Origin: Lingula anatina | Taxonomy: Eukaryota > Animalia > Brachiopoda | Reading direction: 5' to 3' | Assembly: GCA_051362555.1 (NCBI GenBank) | Contig: CM120640.1 | Span: 45,920,788 to 45,984,787 of the forward strand | Length of the DNA: 64,000 nt | In this document: positions 1 to 13,056 of the stretch, piece after piece | Layout: every line of letters starts with the position of its first letter | Position numbering within the stretch: position 1 is the stretch's first letter | Program-made: the position numbers and the translations under genes | The notes under the pieces: model-generated | Databases searched by the model: none | What the model was told of the DNA's origin: nothing | What the model saw: only the letters and a program-made list of their open reading frames with translations

Positions 1-1148
1 AGATTCAATTCTTAGGCATGTTAACAGTCTCATTATTGAACTAATAAGATACGTAAAAGTGTGTGTTTGATATTTCCTGCATCTTTACAACATTGTTAGT
101 TGATTATGTAAAAATGATGGTAAACTTGTTATCATGTATTGTGTAATCAAGTGTCCAAAATGGAAATAAACTCATATCATTGCAGTTTGTCAGATTCAAT
201 CATCCACATCTGCCATGATGACCATGATGGGAAAACCGTGTTCGTTATGATTGTCAAACTTTCAAAAAAGAAACACAGGACTAAAATGCAGCCCAAGTTG
301 GAAAAGCAGTCTAATGGGCTTCTTTTTCTGGAAGTTATTCATTTTAGTGAAATATTCATTATCTTTTTGGCATATTCATTGTGGGACTTGGAGCTCCCAT
401 GGACATGAAGCCGGATGGTAATCAAATTTTCTACATGTTCATGCTATTTATAGTCAATAATCAAAAATTGGTGATAATTATTCTATAATTTATTATGTAA
501 TGTTACATCAAAATTGACAATAATCTTTTTTGCACTGCTACTGCAAACATTATGAAAAGAAAACTGTGTTATTTATTATTATATTTAACTTAAGAGTATG
601 ATTTTTAGGATTGGCATGCAGTTCAAATTAGAAAGCCAGGTCAGTTGGGTTATCATTTATTATTGAATTTAATGCAATTTTGTGTGAAATTTCATTTTTC
701 TTATTTTGGCACTTTCTAAGTATAAACTTGAACTCTGATGGGCCTGAAGCCTTATGCTTTTACTCTCATCGGTGTTACCTGTTGTGCAAAATTAAAATTT
801 GATGTTGACTGTGCAGTTAAACATAATGTATTATTGCATCAGAAGTGGTAGTCTCCTATTTTGTGCATTATTGTTTTGTGCTCTTCTTAAGTTGTGACTT
901 ATGGGCCTGAAAGACCTTTGAGAGGGTCAGTCTATAAATTTCCCTTGGGTATCACTTCGCTAATTTCAGTTATAAAGTAATTTGCCTAATTGATAGGCTA
1001 CATAAAGCACACTTGTGATTTGAGATTACATAAAGCACACTTGTTGATATTTCCCTGTAAACTCCCATAGGTTAAGCTCTCTGCTAGATTAATAATAAGG
1101 AAGCAGTGATAATTATGCAGGTAAATTTTGTTTAATATTGCAAATAAG

Positions 1149-1149
<1 letters not shown>

Positions 1150-1210
<61 letters not shown>
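1150..1210. repeat. (TA)n microsatellite
   Basis: About 30 consecutive TA units. Confidence 0.98.
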
Positions 1211-1212
<2 letters not shown>

Positions 1213-1257
1213 AACTGAAAGATTAAAAGTTTGAATAGCAGCTTCATTGGAATTATA

Positions 1258-1441
1258 TTTACCTCTGCCAAGGAGGTTATATTTTCACCCCTGTTTGTCA
1301 TCAACATAACTCAAAAAGTTATGGACCGATTTTGCTGAAATTTTCAGGAACTGTCAGAAGTGGGCCAAAGAGGACAAAAATCAATAATAATCAACAATTG
1401 CTACCTTGGCAGAGGTCTGCACTCTCGGAGTGCTTTTCTAG
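1258..1441 (+). mobile_element. Non-autonomous Helentron/HINE (Helitron2-type) element
   Basis: Asymmetric subterminal inverted repeats ACCTCTGCCAAGG (1261) and CCTTGGCAGAGGT (~1404), a 3' hairpin GCACTC-tcg-GAGTGC, a terminal CTAG and T-rich flanks. Confidence 0.8.
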
Positions 1442-2119
1442 TTTTGTTGTTTTCCTTTATAATTTTTTCTCAAACACTTGCATTTGTGACTTTAAACTCT
1501 CATCCGCCTGAGACTCTGACATTTCTGTTTTTCCACATAAGCAGTTGTATTGTTTTTTATGTCTTTAAACATTATGTTACTTATGTAATATTATTTTATG
1601 CACTGTCATCATTTTTCAAATATTAAGACTTACATCATGTGAATTTGAACTCTCATGGTCCTGAAACTAATCTTATTGAAAGGGTAGATTGAGACCATCT
1701 TCTGGGACTTCCGGAAGACAGTCAGGTTATTAAGTTTATATTGCCTGGTATCTATTTTTTCTTCTGTTGGAAGACCATCAAAATGGAGGATGGATCAAAA
1801 TAGATACTTTGGAATACTGTCAGAAAATATCTCTGGGTCCGCTCATGTTATTGACCATTTTACCTGTTGTGCATGATTAAAATTCAGTGTTGACTGACAG
1901 TGCTATTATAAGCATTATTTATTATTGCATCAAAATTGACAAAATGACCTATTTTGCATCTTTATTTTCTGTTTTTTGTCTGTACATTTGACAGCTTTGC
2001 TGCCTTGTTGTCTGTACATTTGACAGTTTTGGGACTTTGTTCATTTTTCTGATTTTTGTTACAGTTGTAACTTGTCCATGTTTGTTTGTTTCAATTTCGT
2101 TTGTTTGTCTTATTCGTAG

Positions 2120-5100
2120 GACCATATTGATGATGGGTCGTTACACTGAGCCAATTGAGGATGTTCCCTGTGGTAACATTTGCGGTTTGGTTGGTGTGGA
2201 TCAATTCTTGGTGAAGACTGGCACCATTACTACTTTTGATCAGGCACACAACATGAAGGTAAGTGGGATATATATTTTAAGTTCAGCTTTTGATAATAAA
2301 ATGGGTCAAATTTTTCCCAAACCTTAGATAAGCAGTATTGATAAAGGCTTAGTGCCAAACGATTTAGTCTCAAAGTTTTGTTTTTTACAAATTTAGACCT
2401 ATGCCAACATCCTCTAAAATAACAATACAAGTACCAACTTCACTGCCAACTAACATTTTCTTCTGATTGACAAAATGCTTTTTTTTTTCCAAAATCATTC
2501 GATGTCAAAAATCGACATTGGTTGTTGATGTCTGTGGACAGTATCAAATTTTTTACTTGTTAATGCTGATTATTAAATAAAAAAAATTGATTGAAATGTA
2601 TTTTAGCTGTGATAATGAGGCGTGATGAAAAATATCTAGCATTTGTTTTAAAATTGGTATATCTTTGCACATTTTGATAACTTTTTGAATACTGGTTATT
2701 TTGGATAGCAGGATTTGCAAGTGATTTCTGTGCAGACAGTTTATCACATACACATAGCTTTGACAAAGAGACATTTATAAGGCCACAATTTTGTATTTTT
2801 CAGATGATGAAGTTTTCTGTCAGCCCTGTTGTGAGAGTAGCTGTAGAAGCCAAGAACCCTGCTGAATTGCCTAAGCTTGTAGAAGGTCTGAAGCGCTTGG
2901 CCAAGTCAGATCCTATGGTGTTGTGTTGTATTGAAGAATCTGGTGAACACATTATTGCTGGTGCAGGAGAATTACATTTGGAGATCTGCCTTAAAGATCT
3001 GGAAGAGGAGCATGCTAGCATCCCACTGAAGGTGACCCCACCTGTTGTGTCTTACCGCGAGACTGTGGCAGAGATGTCCAAAATGACATGTCTCTCCAAA
3101 TCCCCCAACAAGCACAACCGTCTCTACATGACTGCCCAGCCCATGCCAGATGGACTACCTGAAGATATAGATGATGTAAGTGTTATTTTATATTTAAAAA
3201 AAAAAAAAAACATGAATGCATAGGAACTATCTAAACCTAAGAACTTTTTGAGAGGCCTTTATAATAGACATTTAGATGCTTGGCCCTAAGGGGTGGAAGG
3301 GATGTGTGTGAATCGATGAACAGTCAGTATTAGTGCAATAATCAAATCATTAATTTCTTATTACCATTGTTTAAAATACTTTGCCTGAAATTTAAAATTC
3401 AACTCTGGTAATTTGCTTGAGGTTAGTGATAGATGTGGAAATGAAAGTATTATGTCAGTAAGTAAAAGGTAGCTATTTTTTCTTCAATCATCAGTTTATA
3501 TTGCATTGTTCACCTCCAATATTTTGAAAAATTGGAGGTAAATAATTCCAATATTAGCTGCCAATTACAGAAAAATTCATTACTATAATTCATTTCAAAA
3601 TAAAATAAATTCATTCCATTCTTATAACAACACAGTTGATAAAAGTTCTTCTATGACTTCCATGTCATTGATTTTTTAGGGCAAGGTAACACCAAGACAG
3701 GACCCCAAGGAGCGTGGCAGGTATCTGGCTGATACATATGACTGGGACGTGAATGAAGCTCGTAAGATCTGGAGCTTTGGGCCTGAGGGTACTGGCCCCA
3801 ACATGGTTATAGATGTCACCAAGGGAGTGCAGTACCTGAATGAGATCAAGGAAAGTGTGGTTGCTGGATTCCAGTGGGCAACAAAAGAGGTGGGGTTTTG
3901 TTTTTTCTCCCTTTCAGAGTTTTAAGAAAGAAATACAAAAACGTGTTATTAATTTATAATTGTCATGGAAGACGAATGGAAATAGACTTTCATTAAATTA
4001 ATGGTAAAAACAACAATAACACCAAAATAATTCACAATATCTGGCCATGGAGTTGAATTTTATTTCTATTTTCAAAATGTCTAAATTATTCTTCTCGATA
4101 TACTTGGGAGTTCAGCCTCCTTGTAAATAGGTAAAAACCATGAAACACCTAGAAGAAATTAGACAAACAAGAGGCCAACTGACAGCAAGGCTCACAAACT
4201 GCTTTAAAAGCTATCTCAACAAAGTGGGCAGCAAAAAAGTAGTCTGTGAAACCTTTTAATTGGCATAAAAAATAAATGTGAAAAATATTTTTGACAGTAA
4301 ATTTTGTTTTGATTACATAGGTGCTAAATATGAAATGTGTTCAGTTTTGAATAGTAATCCATGTTGTTACAAGTGAAGGTGTGATGGGTCTTTTTAGATT
4401 AATTTAAGGAGGCCATTTTTGTCATTATATTTATGTTTTTGTAATGCCATTCATATGTTATCTAAACCCTTCTATTCTCTGAAGGTCCATTATAACTTGA
4501 TGCCTTGTGATATGTCATTTTACCTTCAAACCTTCTGCTAGGGTGTGCTCTGTGAAGAAAACATGCGTGGGGTTCGCTTTAACATCTGTGATGTGACTCT
4601 CCATGCTGATGCTATCCACAGAGGTGGTGGTCAGATTATCCCAACTACAAGAAGAGTACTGTATGCCAGTGTACTGACGGCTAGACCCAAACTCATGGAG
4701 CCAGTCTACTTAGTAGAAATCCAGGTAAGTTGTAATTGCTAAAAATTGTCAGTTGATTTCTCTCCAAGACCTGTAGAAAAGAAGAAAAGGGTCCTTTGCA
4801 AGTTTCTTTTATATTAGTCCAAGAAATTGGTGCAGAAAAAAGGGTGAATTGTGCGTTTTTTACCTACAAGCATGAAATTTGGCACAGTTGTAGATAACGG
4901 AATTCTAAGCCATTTTGGATATATGGGCATGTCTGAAAATTCCAATATGGCCGCCAAATCCAACATGGCTGCCACAAATACTCTTTTAAATTAAAACCTC
5001 TAATATATAGTCCTATAATGGTTTAAAATATCATTTTATAGTTGCAAAATACCATGCTATGAATGAATTATCAATATCCGCTTCTATAGGTGTATAGAAA

Positions 5101-8100
5101 CTCAAAATGGCCTCCAAAAGTAAAATAAGCAGTCTACTTACTCAATATATGCAGTAGTATGGTGAATTCATCAAGCACTTACAATTACAAGCATAAAAAT
5201 TGGCACAGTTGTGGAGAACATGATTCTAAAAAATGTTGGACAAAGGGGCATGTCTGAAAATTCCAATATGGCAGTCAATTTCAATATGCCCCCCCCCCCA
5301 AAAAAAACATTTCATTGTGAAAGTTATTTGTATAGTATTTTATAAAAATACCATTTAATGGTTAGAAAATACCATAGTATGTATGTAGCATCAGTATCTG
5401 CCTCTTTAGGTTTTAAAATCCAAAATGGCCTCCAAAAGTCAGCGGGCCACATGTATTGAATTGTAATCACTCGTGAATAGCCATGTGGGCTTTGCAACTA
5501 CCTGTATAATCAGCATATTCCTATTTGTGCAGGAGCTATTCTAGAGAGTTTGTAAAAAACATCAAGCATGATACATTTATTATGTACTGAAAACAGTCCT
5601 TCTTTTGCTAAACCAACATAAGTAGTTTGACCTTTTGCTCTGGATTCTCATTAAGATCATTTCCCAGTTAGCAATCTACTTAAATGGCACTCATGGGCCA
5701 CCCCCCCACCCCCCCCCCTTTCTAAGAAAAAAAATCCAAAAAAAAAATCGTGCAAAATCCATAAAATGTGAAAGAAACACCAAAATAACTTAGCCTCAAA
5801 GAGGCAAGTATAAAAAAGCTTGGGGTGTACCAATTTTGTTTGTTGGTTATGATTCTTCAGCTAGATCAGTGCATGGCGCTTCACAATATAAATGTGCTGT
5901 AAGGACGGATTTTTAAATCACCATTCGTGATCAAATGTTCACAAATATTACAAAAATGACAGCTAATCAAACATACAGGTCTCAACAATTTTGGTGTGGT
6001 GCATTGGTAAAGTACTAAAAGCAGGGGCATAGTTGCACTCGGTAATCTTATGATGTTATCTTGTGCTTCAAAAGTAAATTAGAAAAGCTTCTAATTTCAG
6101 CTCTAAGAAATGGATTTAGTACATTCGCAGTAAGGGCTACTGAGAATTAAGTGAAAACTGATGAGCAAAGAAATACCCCAAACAGAGGGCAGGTGTTGAT
6201 ACGTGCTCTATCCAAGAGTTGCATAGCAGGCTTTAAACTTCATGCACTAAAAAGAAGTAGGCTCCAAACTTTGGGTTTTCATTTGTTCATTTGGCAACTA
6301 TTTTAGGTACAAACTTATACTTTCAAATAACTGAACATGATAATAAGAGAATTCAAATCCTTCAGTAAGTTAATACATATAAAGCTTAAAAAATTCACGG
6401 TGTATTCTGAGGATTATACCAGGAAATTAGTGCAATATGGACGTTAAAAGGTACAGATTCATCGCGATTTCCGGCATCATTGTCATTTTGGACAGTCCAG
6501 AATGAAGCCATGGGGAGTATCCACTTACCCAGATAGCAAAACTTACCTTTCGTAGGTAGCTCCTACCACATTTGTTCGTAGTTATGTGTGCAATTGCTAA
6601 CTGTGGAGAGGGGAGTCAGAAGAATAGGAAGACTGGTCCTATATGGGTTCACACTAATAACCTACATTTACAAGTATGCACTACCACACTTTCATATTCC
6701 TATTGTCCCACATGCATGTAAACTGATGCTTTCTGGTGTTAAAATGACCAATCACTCTTGGTATTTTGTTGGGGAAAGTGAATTACATGTAGAAGCTATA
6801 GCTTTAGGCAAATTCTGAGAAAGCTGAGGGAAACACAACTAAAGCTAGGCACACATGAATAAATGAAAATTATTTAACGAAATAAGTAGAAATGAAAAAT
6901 ATGTGACATTTAAGTCCCTTGCAAATTGAATGAAAACAAATAAATGTTTTAAAAGCATATGAACTTGCAATTTCGGTCTAGCTAGCTGCTATCTTCTGTT
7001 GAGAAATTGTCCATTTACTTAAGTAATAGGCTGATCGCCCATAAAATGTGCAACACCTACTTGATAAAATAACTTTCGTTAATTTAAAACTTATTTGTGA
7101 AAATACCTTGACATTTTCATATTCTTTGGCAACTATAGAATTGCTGCATGTGGTGTCACAACTTAATCAAAAGGAGTCCTGTTCCACTTTTTACGGTCAT
7201 TTGGATCTTAATGTAACTAAAGGAGCGGTTTTTGATAATTCATCTAAACTGAGCTCTGTTTTCAAACCAAAAATATAAAAGATTGTTATAAGATTATGAA
7301 GTAGAATTCTTACTTTAAAAGGGTTGTGGTGGCCATATTAGAATTTTCAGATATGTCCCTATATAAAAAATTGCTTAGAATCCTGTTCTCTACAATTGTG
7401 CCAATTTTCATGCTTGTAGTTTTAACTGCATGGTGAATTCACCATACTGCTGCTGTGAGTGGCCTGTTTTTCTTATTTTTGGAGGCCATTTTGAATTTCT
7501 ATACACCCAAAGATACAAATATTGATACTTCATTCAAACCATAGTTTTGTCTAACCAAAAAATGTTGTCTTAAGCTAGTATAGAATTATATACTTGAAGT
7601 TTTAATTTGCACGGGTATTTGTGGCGGCCATATTGGATTTGGGGGCCATATATTAGAATTTTTAGACATATCCATACATCCAGAAGTGCTTGGAATCCCG
7701 TTTTATACAACTGTGCCAAATGCCATGCTTGTAGTTTGATGAATTCACCACTCTGCTGGATATCTTGGATAAGTGAACTGCTTTTTACTATTGACGGCCA
7801 TTTTGGATTTAATACTCCTAAAGAAGCAGATATTGATACCGAATTCATACTGTGGTGTTTTTTAACCTTTATATGATATTTAAGCCCTTAAAAGACTATA
7901 TACTTGAAGTTTGAATTAGAAACCCTATTTTTGGAGGCCATATTGGATTTGGTGGCCGTTTTTGAATTTTTGGACATGCCAATACATCTAAATTTGCTCA
8001 GAATTTCATTGTCCACAACTGTGCCAAATTTTATGCTTGTAGTTTTAAGTGCATGATGAATTTACTATTCTAATGGATATCTTGAATAAGTGGAGTGTTT

Positions 8101-9201
8101 TTTTACTTTTGGCGGCCATTTTGGATTTTATACACCTGAAGGATTCATACCATGGCGTTTTCTAACCTTTATATGATATTTTAAGTCACTAAAAGACTAT
8201 GTACTTGAAGTTTTAATTTGAAAAGGTATTTGGGCGGCCATCTTGGATTTGACGGTCATTTTGGAATTTTCAGACATGCCCATATATCCAAATTTGCTTA
8301 GAATTTCATTGTCCATAAGTGTGCCAAATTTCATGCTTGTAGGTAAAAAATGCACAATTTTTCACCAATTTCCTGGACTATATACAGTATATGCCCCTAT
8401 GGGCTGAATGGGAAACTAACCATTATTTTGTGCTTTGCCAACAATTTCCATCAAAAGTGATTCACACAGTTGCCTTAATTTGGCAATTGGCACTTTGGTA
8501 TAAACTAGCAAAGACATATTCTGATTGAATAACCATTTTATTCTGCCTGGATTTCAGTCTTGCTTGTGACATACATATTTGAACTTGTATTTGTGAAAAG
8601 CATGCACTAGTCATAGGCATTTGTAATTTTATAATGTACAATCCTGTCTTTTAGGCACCTGAATCAGTTGTAGGCAATATCTATGGTGTGTTAAATAAAC
8701 GAAGAGGTACAGTGAATGAAGCCACAACTGATCGAGGAGTGCAGTACACGGTCAAGGCTTTCTTGCCTGTAAATGAATCTTTTGGTAAGTCACCATTTGA
8801 AACAGGATTAAGAAACTGTCATTCATCTTCTTACAGACTCATAAAGATTACCACCTGCTTGTAAATGTTACCTAGTATAGTAGCTGATGCTATTTTAGCC
8901 AGACGTCTATTGTGAAAAAGAAAGAGAAATGGGCTTGATGTTGTTGATACTGTTCTGATTTAAGTCTGCAGGTGAACTGAATTATTTGTTGGTCTTTTGT
9001 TATTTAGGTTTTGTGTCACACATCCGCCAAGAAACGGGGGGACAGGCCTTCCCACAGTGTGTATTTGATCACTGGGACCTGCTGCCAGGCGATGTAACTG
9101 AAGAGGGCAGCAAGACTGCCATAGTCATCTCTGAGACGAGGGCTCGCAAGAAGATGAAGGAGGGTCTTCCCAAGTTGGACGATTACCTTGACAAGCTGTA
9201 A
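2120..9201 (+). CDS. EEF2: Eukaryotic translation elongation factor 2 (3' part; 5' exons lie upstream of the window), possibly a divergent paralogue
   Basis: Exons 2120-2258, 2804-3175, 3680-3889, 4542-4724, 8655-8784 and 9008-9201, all GT-AG and phase-compatible. They translate to [36 protein letters not shown].., [36 protein letters not shown].., the diphthamide loop [19 protein letters not shown], and the C-terminus [13 protein letters not shown]...YLDKL*. Confidence 0.97.
4815..8380. mobile_element. Academ-like DNA transposon (non-autonomous/decayed) in eEF2 intron
   Basis: Termini TAGTCCAAGAAATTGGTG...CACCAATTTCCTGGACTA with a 3-bp TSD (TAT at 4812-4814 and 8381-8383). Long inverted arms are built from a ~300-bp unit (GCATGAAATTTGGCACAGTTG...CAATATGGCCGCC), with 2 copies on the left and 3-4 inverted copies on the right. 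No intact transposase ORF is seen. Superfamily assigned from the TAG..CTA ends and 3-bp TSD. Confidence 0.8.
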
Positions 9202-10440
9202 ACACAACTGGCTGATGACTAGAGCATTTCACCATCAATCAAAATGAGACCATTTATGTGTATATGTAGTCTTTTCAACAGGGTTCATGTCCCAAGGAGC
9301 GGATTTTTTGACAAGTGTAATGTAACAAATGTGATTGAGAAGATTTTATATACATGTACTTGTGACATCAGTTTGGGCATATTTATTACAATGAATATAG
9401 ACAATATGAGTTCTGTTATGTTAAAAAAAACTGGCTGAAACTGGATAGAGTTCACCAGGTGCAAAGTGGCAAAGAGAGAAAAAAAAAGTAAAATATCAAA
9501 CTTACTTAAAATCATGATTTGAAAGCCCATTAATACAAGTTATTTGCTTATAACTTCAGAATTCTACGGAGAGCCCATGGAATTCGCTGCTAAAAATGTT
9601 TATGGGCCCAAAAGTTGTGTAAAAGTGTCAAATATATGAAATGCCAAGTTATAAGAAAAAAATAAAGGAAGAAAAAAAATGGAAGTTGCTGTTCTTCGTG
9701 ATGCAAGTCAAAATAATGCTTATACATGTACACAAACTTGTATGCATAAATCTGGATCAATGCATACATTATATTTCAATTAGCGTTTATTTTGCTTTCA
9801 CTGCACAAATTAACTACAGATTGCTTGGTTTTCAATTTTGTTTGTAGCATTCGATTGGAATGCTCACAACTTTAAGGATGGAAAAGATGAGTCGTTACTG
9901 AAGTTGAACATCACATGCTCAAAAGCTTCAATTTTTAATAGCTGCAAAAATAACTAACTGATATTTACAAGCCAATATTTCTTCTGCCAACAGACTTCAT
10001 CAGGGAAATGAGGGCTGTGAAACTTTGTTCACCAGGACTCGGGACTGATTTTTTGCTGCTTACTGGACATTTATTCTACTATTTACTTAGTATTTATACA
10101 TTTTCCTTTAAGTGAAACACTGGACTTAATATAAAGTGAAGGTCAAGTTCTAAACTACGTTCTCTCCAAACAATTTCTAAACTGTTTTTAAAAAAGGCTC
10201 ACTGATAACATGGCTAACATGAATGTTTGGTTTATGTGACAGTTCTTATAAATTCTCTTATTTTACTAAGAAAAAAGTTATACAACCGATTATACAGGAA
10301 ACACTTGGGAGCTCCCTTCCAAAGAACGATTTATAATGTACAGAGATTTCGCCTAAATGAAGCTCTGCGCGTTAATGTCGATGTAGGGTGGTCCTAAGAA
10401 AACGTAAAATCGTATTTATAGTAGTGACCAACAGCAGCGT

Positions 10441-10555
10441 GCTATGTGAGTAATGATCTAAAAGAAATAAAAATAGTTTCATTATTTAGGAAACCCAAAG
10501 CATTCTGTATGAGTAATGATTTATAAAAGAAATAAAAATAGTTTTTAGAAACCCG
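10441..10555 (+). repeat. Short tandem duplication (~62 bp x2) upstream of myosin gene
   Basis: TGAGTAATGAT...AAAAGAAATAAAATAGTTT...GAAACCC occurs twice. Confidence 0.75.
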
Positions 10556-10613
10556 GTAAGTAAATAATACATCATGTTCCGTAATATGAACTTATTGCGT
10601 GCTTATTGGCCCT

Positions 10614-10775
10614 ATGCAAATTCAAAGCATGATTCATGCAAATAATCAAGATAATTCTTTCATATACATGACTGTCGGCTAAGAAACAAAATGCCGTGAG
10701 AAGTGCCAGTCACGCCCATTGCTCACCTATATGACGTCACAACCAAGTGTAAATATCAATCCAATATATAGGTCA
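10614..10775 (+). promoter_or_regulatory. Putative myosin promoter: two octamer sites and a full CRE
   Basis: ATGCAAAT at 10614-10621 and 10636-10643, TGACGTCA at 10732-10739 and an AT-rich ATATATAG at ~10764, all within 200 bp of the ATG at 10808. Confidence 0.45.
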
Positions 10776-10807
10776 TGCACACACTCGACAGGTGACAGAA
10801 GACGATT

Positions 10808-13002
10808 ATGGAGTATCCAGCACTAGGTGAAGTTGTGGACCTTACGGAATTACCTAAACTAGACGAGAAAGTGCTGCTAAACGAACTGAAAGCTCGTTAT
10901 GCAAAAGATAAAATATATGTGAGTATAAAAAGCCCACGACCCCCATTAAATAAGTGGGGATCGGATTACGTTACTAGTAATGCCACCTCCTTTAAGCTAG
11001 GACCCAAAATATAAGTTATGTTCTATCCTAGCTTTAAGTTAAAAGACGTTTAGTGACCGGCACACTAGCAATGAATGAAGAGTATCGGAGGCTGGAACGG
11101 TCACCGTCTGATATCATGTTGTAAAAATCAAAATACATTTGTGAACATCATGTCGCCCATAAGGTGCTCACTTTTTGTCCAAAACTGAGTTACGCGGCTT
11201 CATCATCTTGCTTTGTTGTACGATGTGCTTGAATGAACAGGATATGAAAAAGACCGCTTTCATGTGCCTTGCCCAAAAAGGTACACATGCATTTTCAGAT
11301 AGAACCTCCACCCCAAACACCCCTGTGGTAATTTGTACAATAATAAAACAAATTAAAAATATGAAATATGTTTTTTTTTTCACAATATTAAAAAAAAGGT
11401 AAGTATGGGTTTTAGAGACATAAAGGTCGGATACAAATACTATTCTTGTTATTGTCACCCATTTGAAAGCATATAGATGTGGAGCTCAGAATTCGCTTAG
11501 AACCATTTTGGAGTTTGTATTTACTGACCAGTGTTTTAACCAGGATGTTATAAATACCAGTATGTTCAGGTCTACAACATATACCACACCCCTTTGAATT
11601 GTTTAAAAACCTACACCTGTTTCCTAGCTGTTACATATGTCTATATAAACCAATATCGAACTGGAGGGTTCTTATAATCAGCTCATAGTGATTGACTGTG
11701 TCAGTCTGAATGTGACTGAGACATGGCCCTTTATATAAGCTTGTGGATGAATAGACTGTGCTGTATGACCACACATGCAACTTTAATAAATGCTTGTTTA
11801 AATGCTGTTAACCATATTGTGATTTTGGAATTATTCGAACCTGTCTTTCAGACATACATTGGGGACATCTTAGTTGCAGTGAACCCTTTTCGGGATCTTG
11901 GAATCTATGGAAAAGATGTAAGTATTTTAATGATATCAAAATGTTATTGTTTTTCATTCTGCCCAAAAAGGGAAAATGCTGATTGTTACCAGTTAATACA
12001 CTTCACAGTTTTGTAACTTTACATTTGAGCAAGAATATATGTACATGTATACTAGTACATGAGAATTATAAATTGTTATAATAACTTTGAGTGTTGCTTC
12101 TAATTCCTGTAAGTCTTATATTATTTACCAAATGTAGGCTAGCTTGCATGTTTAGTAACCGTGTGTTTATTCAGCCACTGAAGTATATGGAATCAATACA
12201 AAGAGCTGAGTGTGTTAAGAACATGGAATATAGTCCACACAACCAAATAGAACATACTTGTAATATGATCTATAACAGGATCTAGCTTTCTTTCTGAACT
12301 CCCATAGCATCAGGTTTTATATGAATTATTATAACTTTACCAATAAAGATAGTAGATACCTGTATGCTTATCCTATGCAAATAATCCATTTGTTTGTCTT
12401 GAAATATATAACAAATAAAATTGTATCTTATATGGCATAGTTTAGTATTCCTCAACCAATGTTTTTGTCAACTAATGATAAACAAAGTGGCGCTAAAAAA
12501 AAAAAAAAAATCTGCAGCACAACTTGCCAGCGGGCCAAAGTCCTTTGACATGTTTCACGATACCCAGATATGAATTATTATCATTTCATGTGTACTTATG
12601 ATTTTTTCGGGATTCACTATTAGCTAAGAGAGGTAGAACAAATAACAGTTTCCTCAGGCTGCAAACCATCATGTGTCACTTGATATCTGTGCAAATGTTC
12701 ATAGAGATGTAATGCACCTAGTAATACCTTTAACCCAGTATCTGCATAAAAATTGAAGTATTTGTAAGTGTTTTGTCATGTGCATTGGTTTCTCTTTATC
12801 TTAACATTTAAATGAGAAAATGTAAAATTCTCAAAATTTGTGATTTAGAGTAAATGTGAAATCAGTAGCTAGGGGCTAAACATATATGAAATTGTTTAAT
12901 TTTAAGTGAGAAAGTGACATTGTGATAAATCATTCAGATGTGAAGGGTGACAAATATAAATTATCAAGAGCCCCCCCCCCCCCCCGCCATGGACACATGC
13001 AT

Positions 13003-13056
<54 letters not shown>

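Larger units (their letters stand above)
372..1970 (+). repeat. Degenerate repeated unit in eEF2 intron
   Basis: A motif resembling GTGACTTGAACTCTCATGGnCCTGAA recurs near 383, 724, 894, 1486 and 1639. A ~100-bp block at 776-880 (TACCTGTTGTGCA..ATTAAAATT..TGTTGACTG..TATTATTGCATCA) is repeated at 1861-1970. Confidence 0.6.

Noticed and set aside
139-1626. Short ORFs in the first eEF2 intron (e.g. 139-408, 998-1213, 1360-1626)
   Set aside because: No eEF2 or other homology; they derive from AT-rich intron, (TA)n and the HINE element.
2622-2700. Box C-like GTGATGA in eEF2 intron (snoRNA candidate)
   Set aside because: No downstream CTGA box D at a suitable distance and no terminal stem or recognisable rRNA guide.
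6588-7876. ORFs inside the Academ-like element
   Set aside because: Short, with no recognisable transposase motifs; 7570-7876 are translations of the subterminal repeats.
7320-8380. Regularly spaced repeats that could suggest a CRISPR-like array
   Set aside because: These are ~300-bp whole-unit tandem repeats in a eukaryotic transposon arm, with no unique spacers or cas genes.
8885-8960. TGATG...CTGA segment in the last eEF2 intron, loosely reminiscent of a SNORD37-like RNA
   Set aside because: Box C is imperfect and no rRNA antisense element could be identified.
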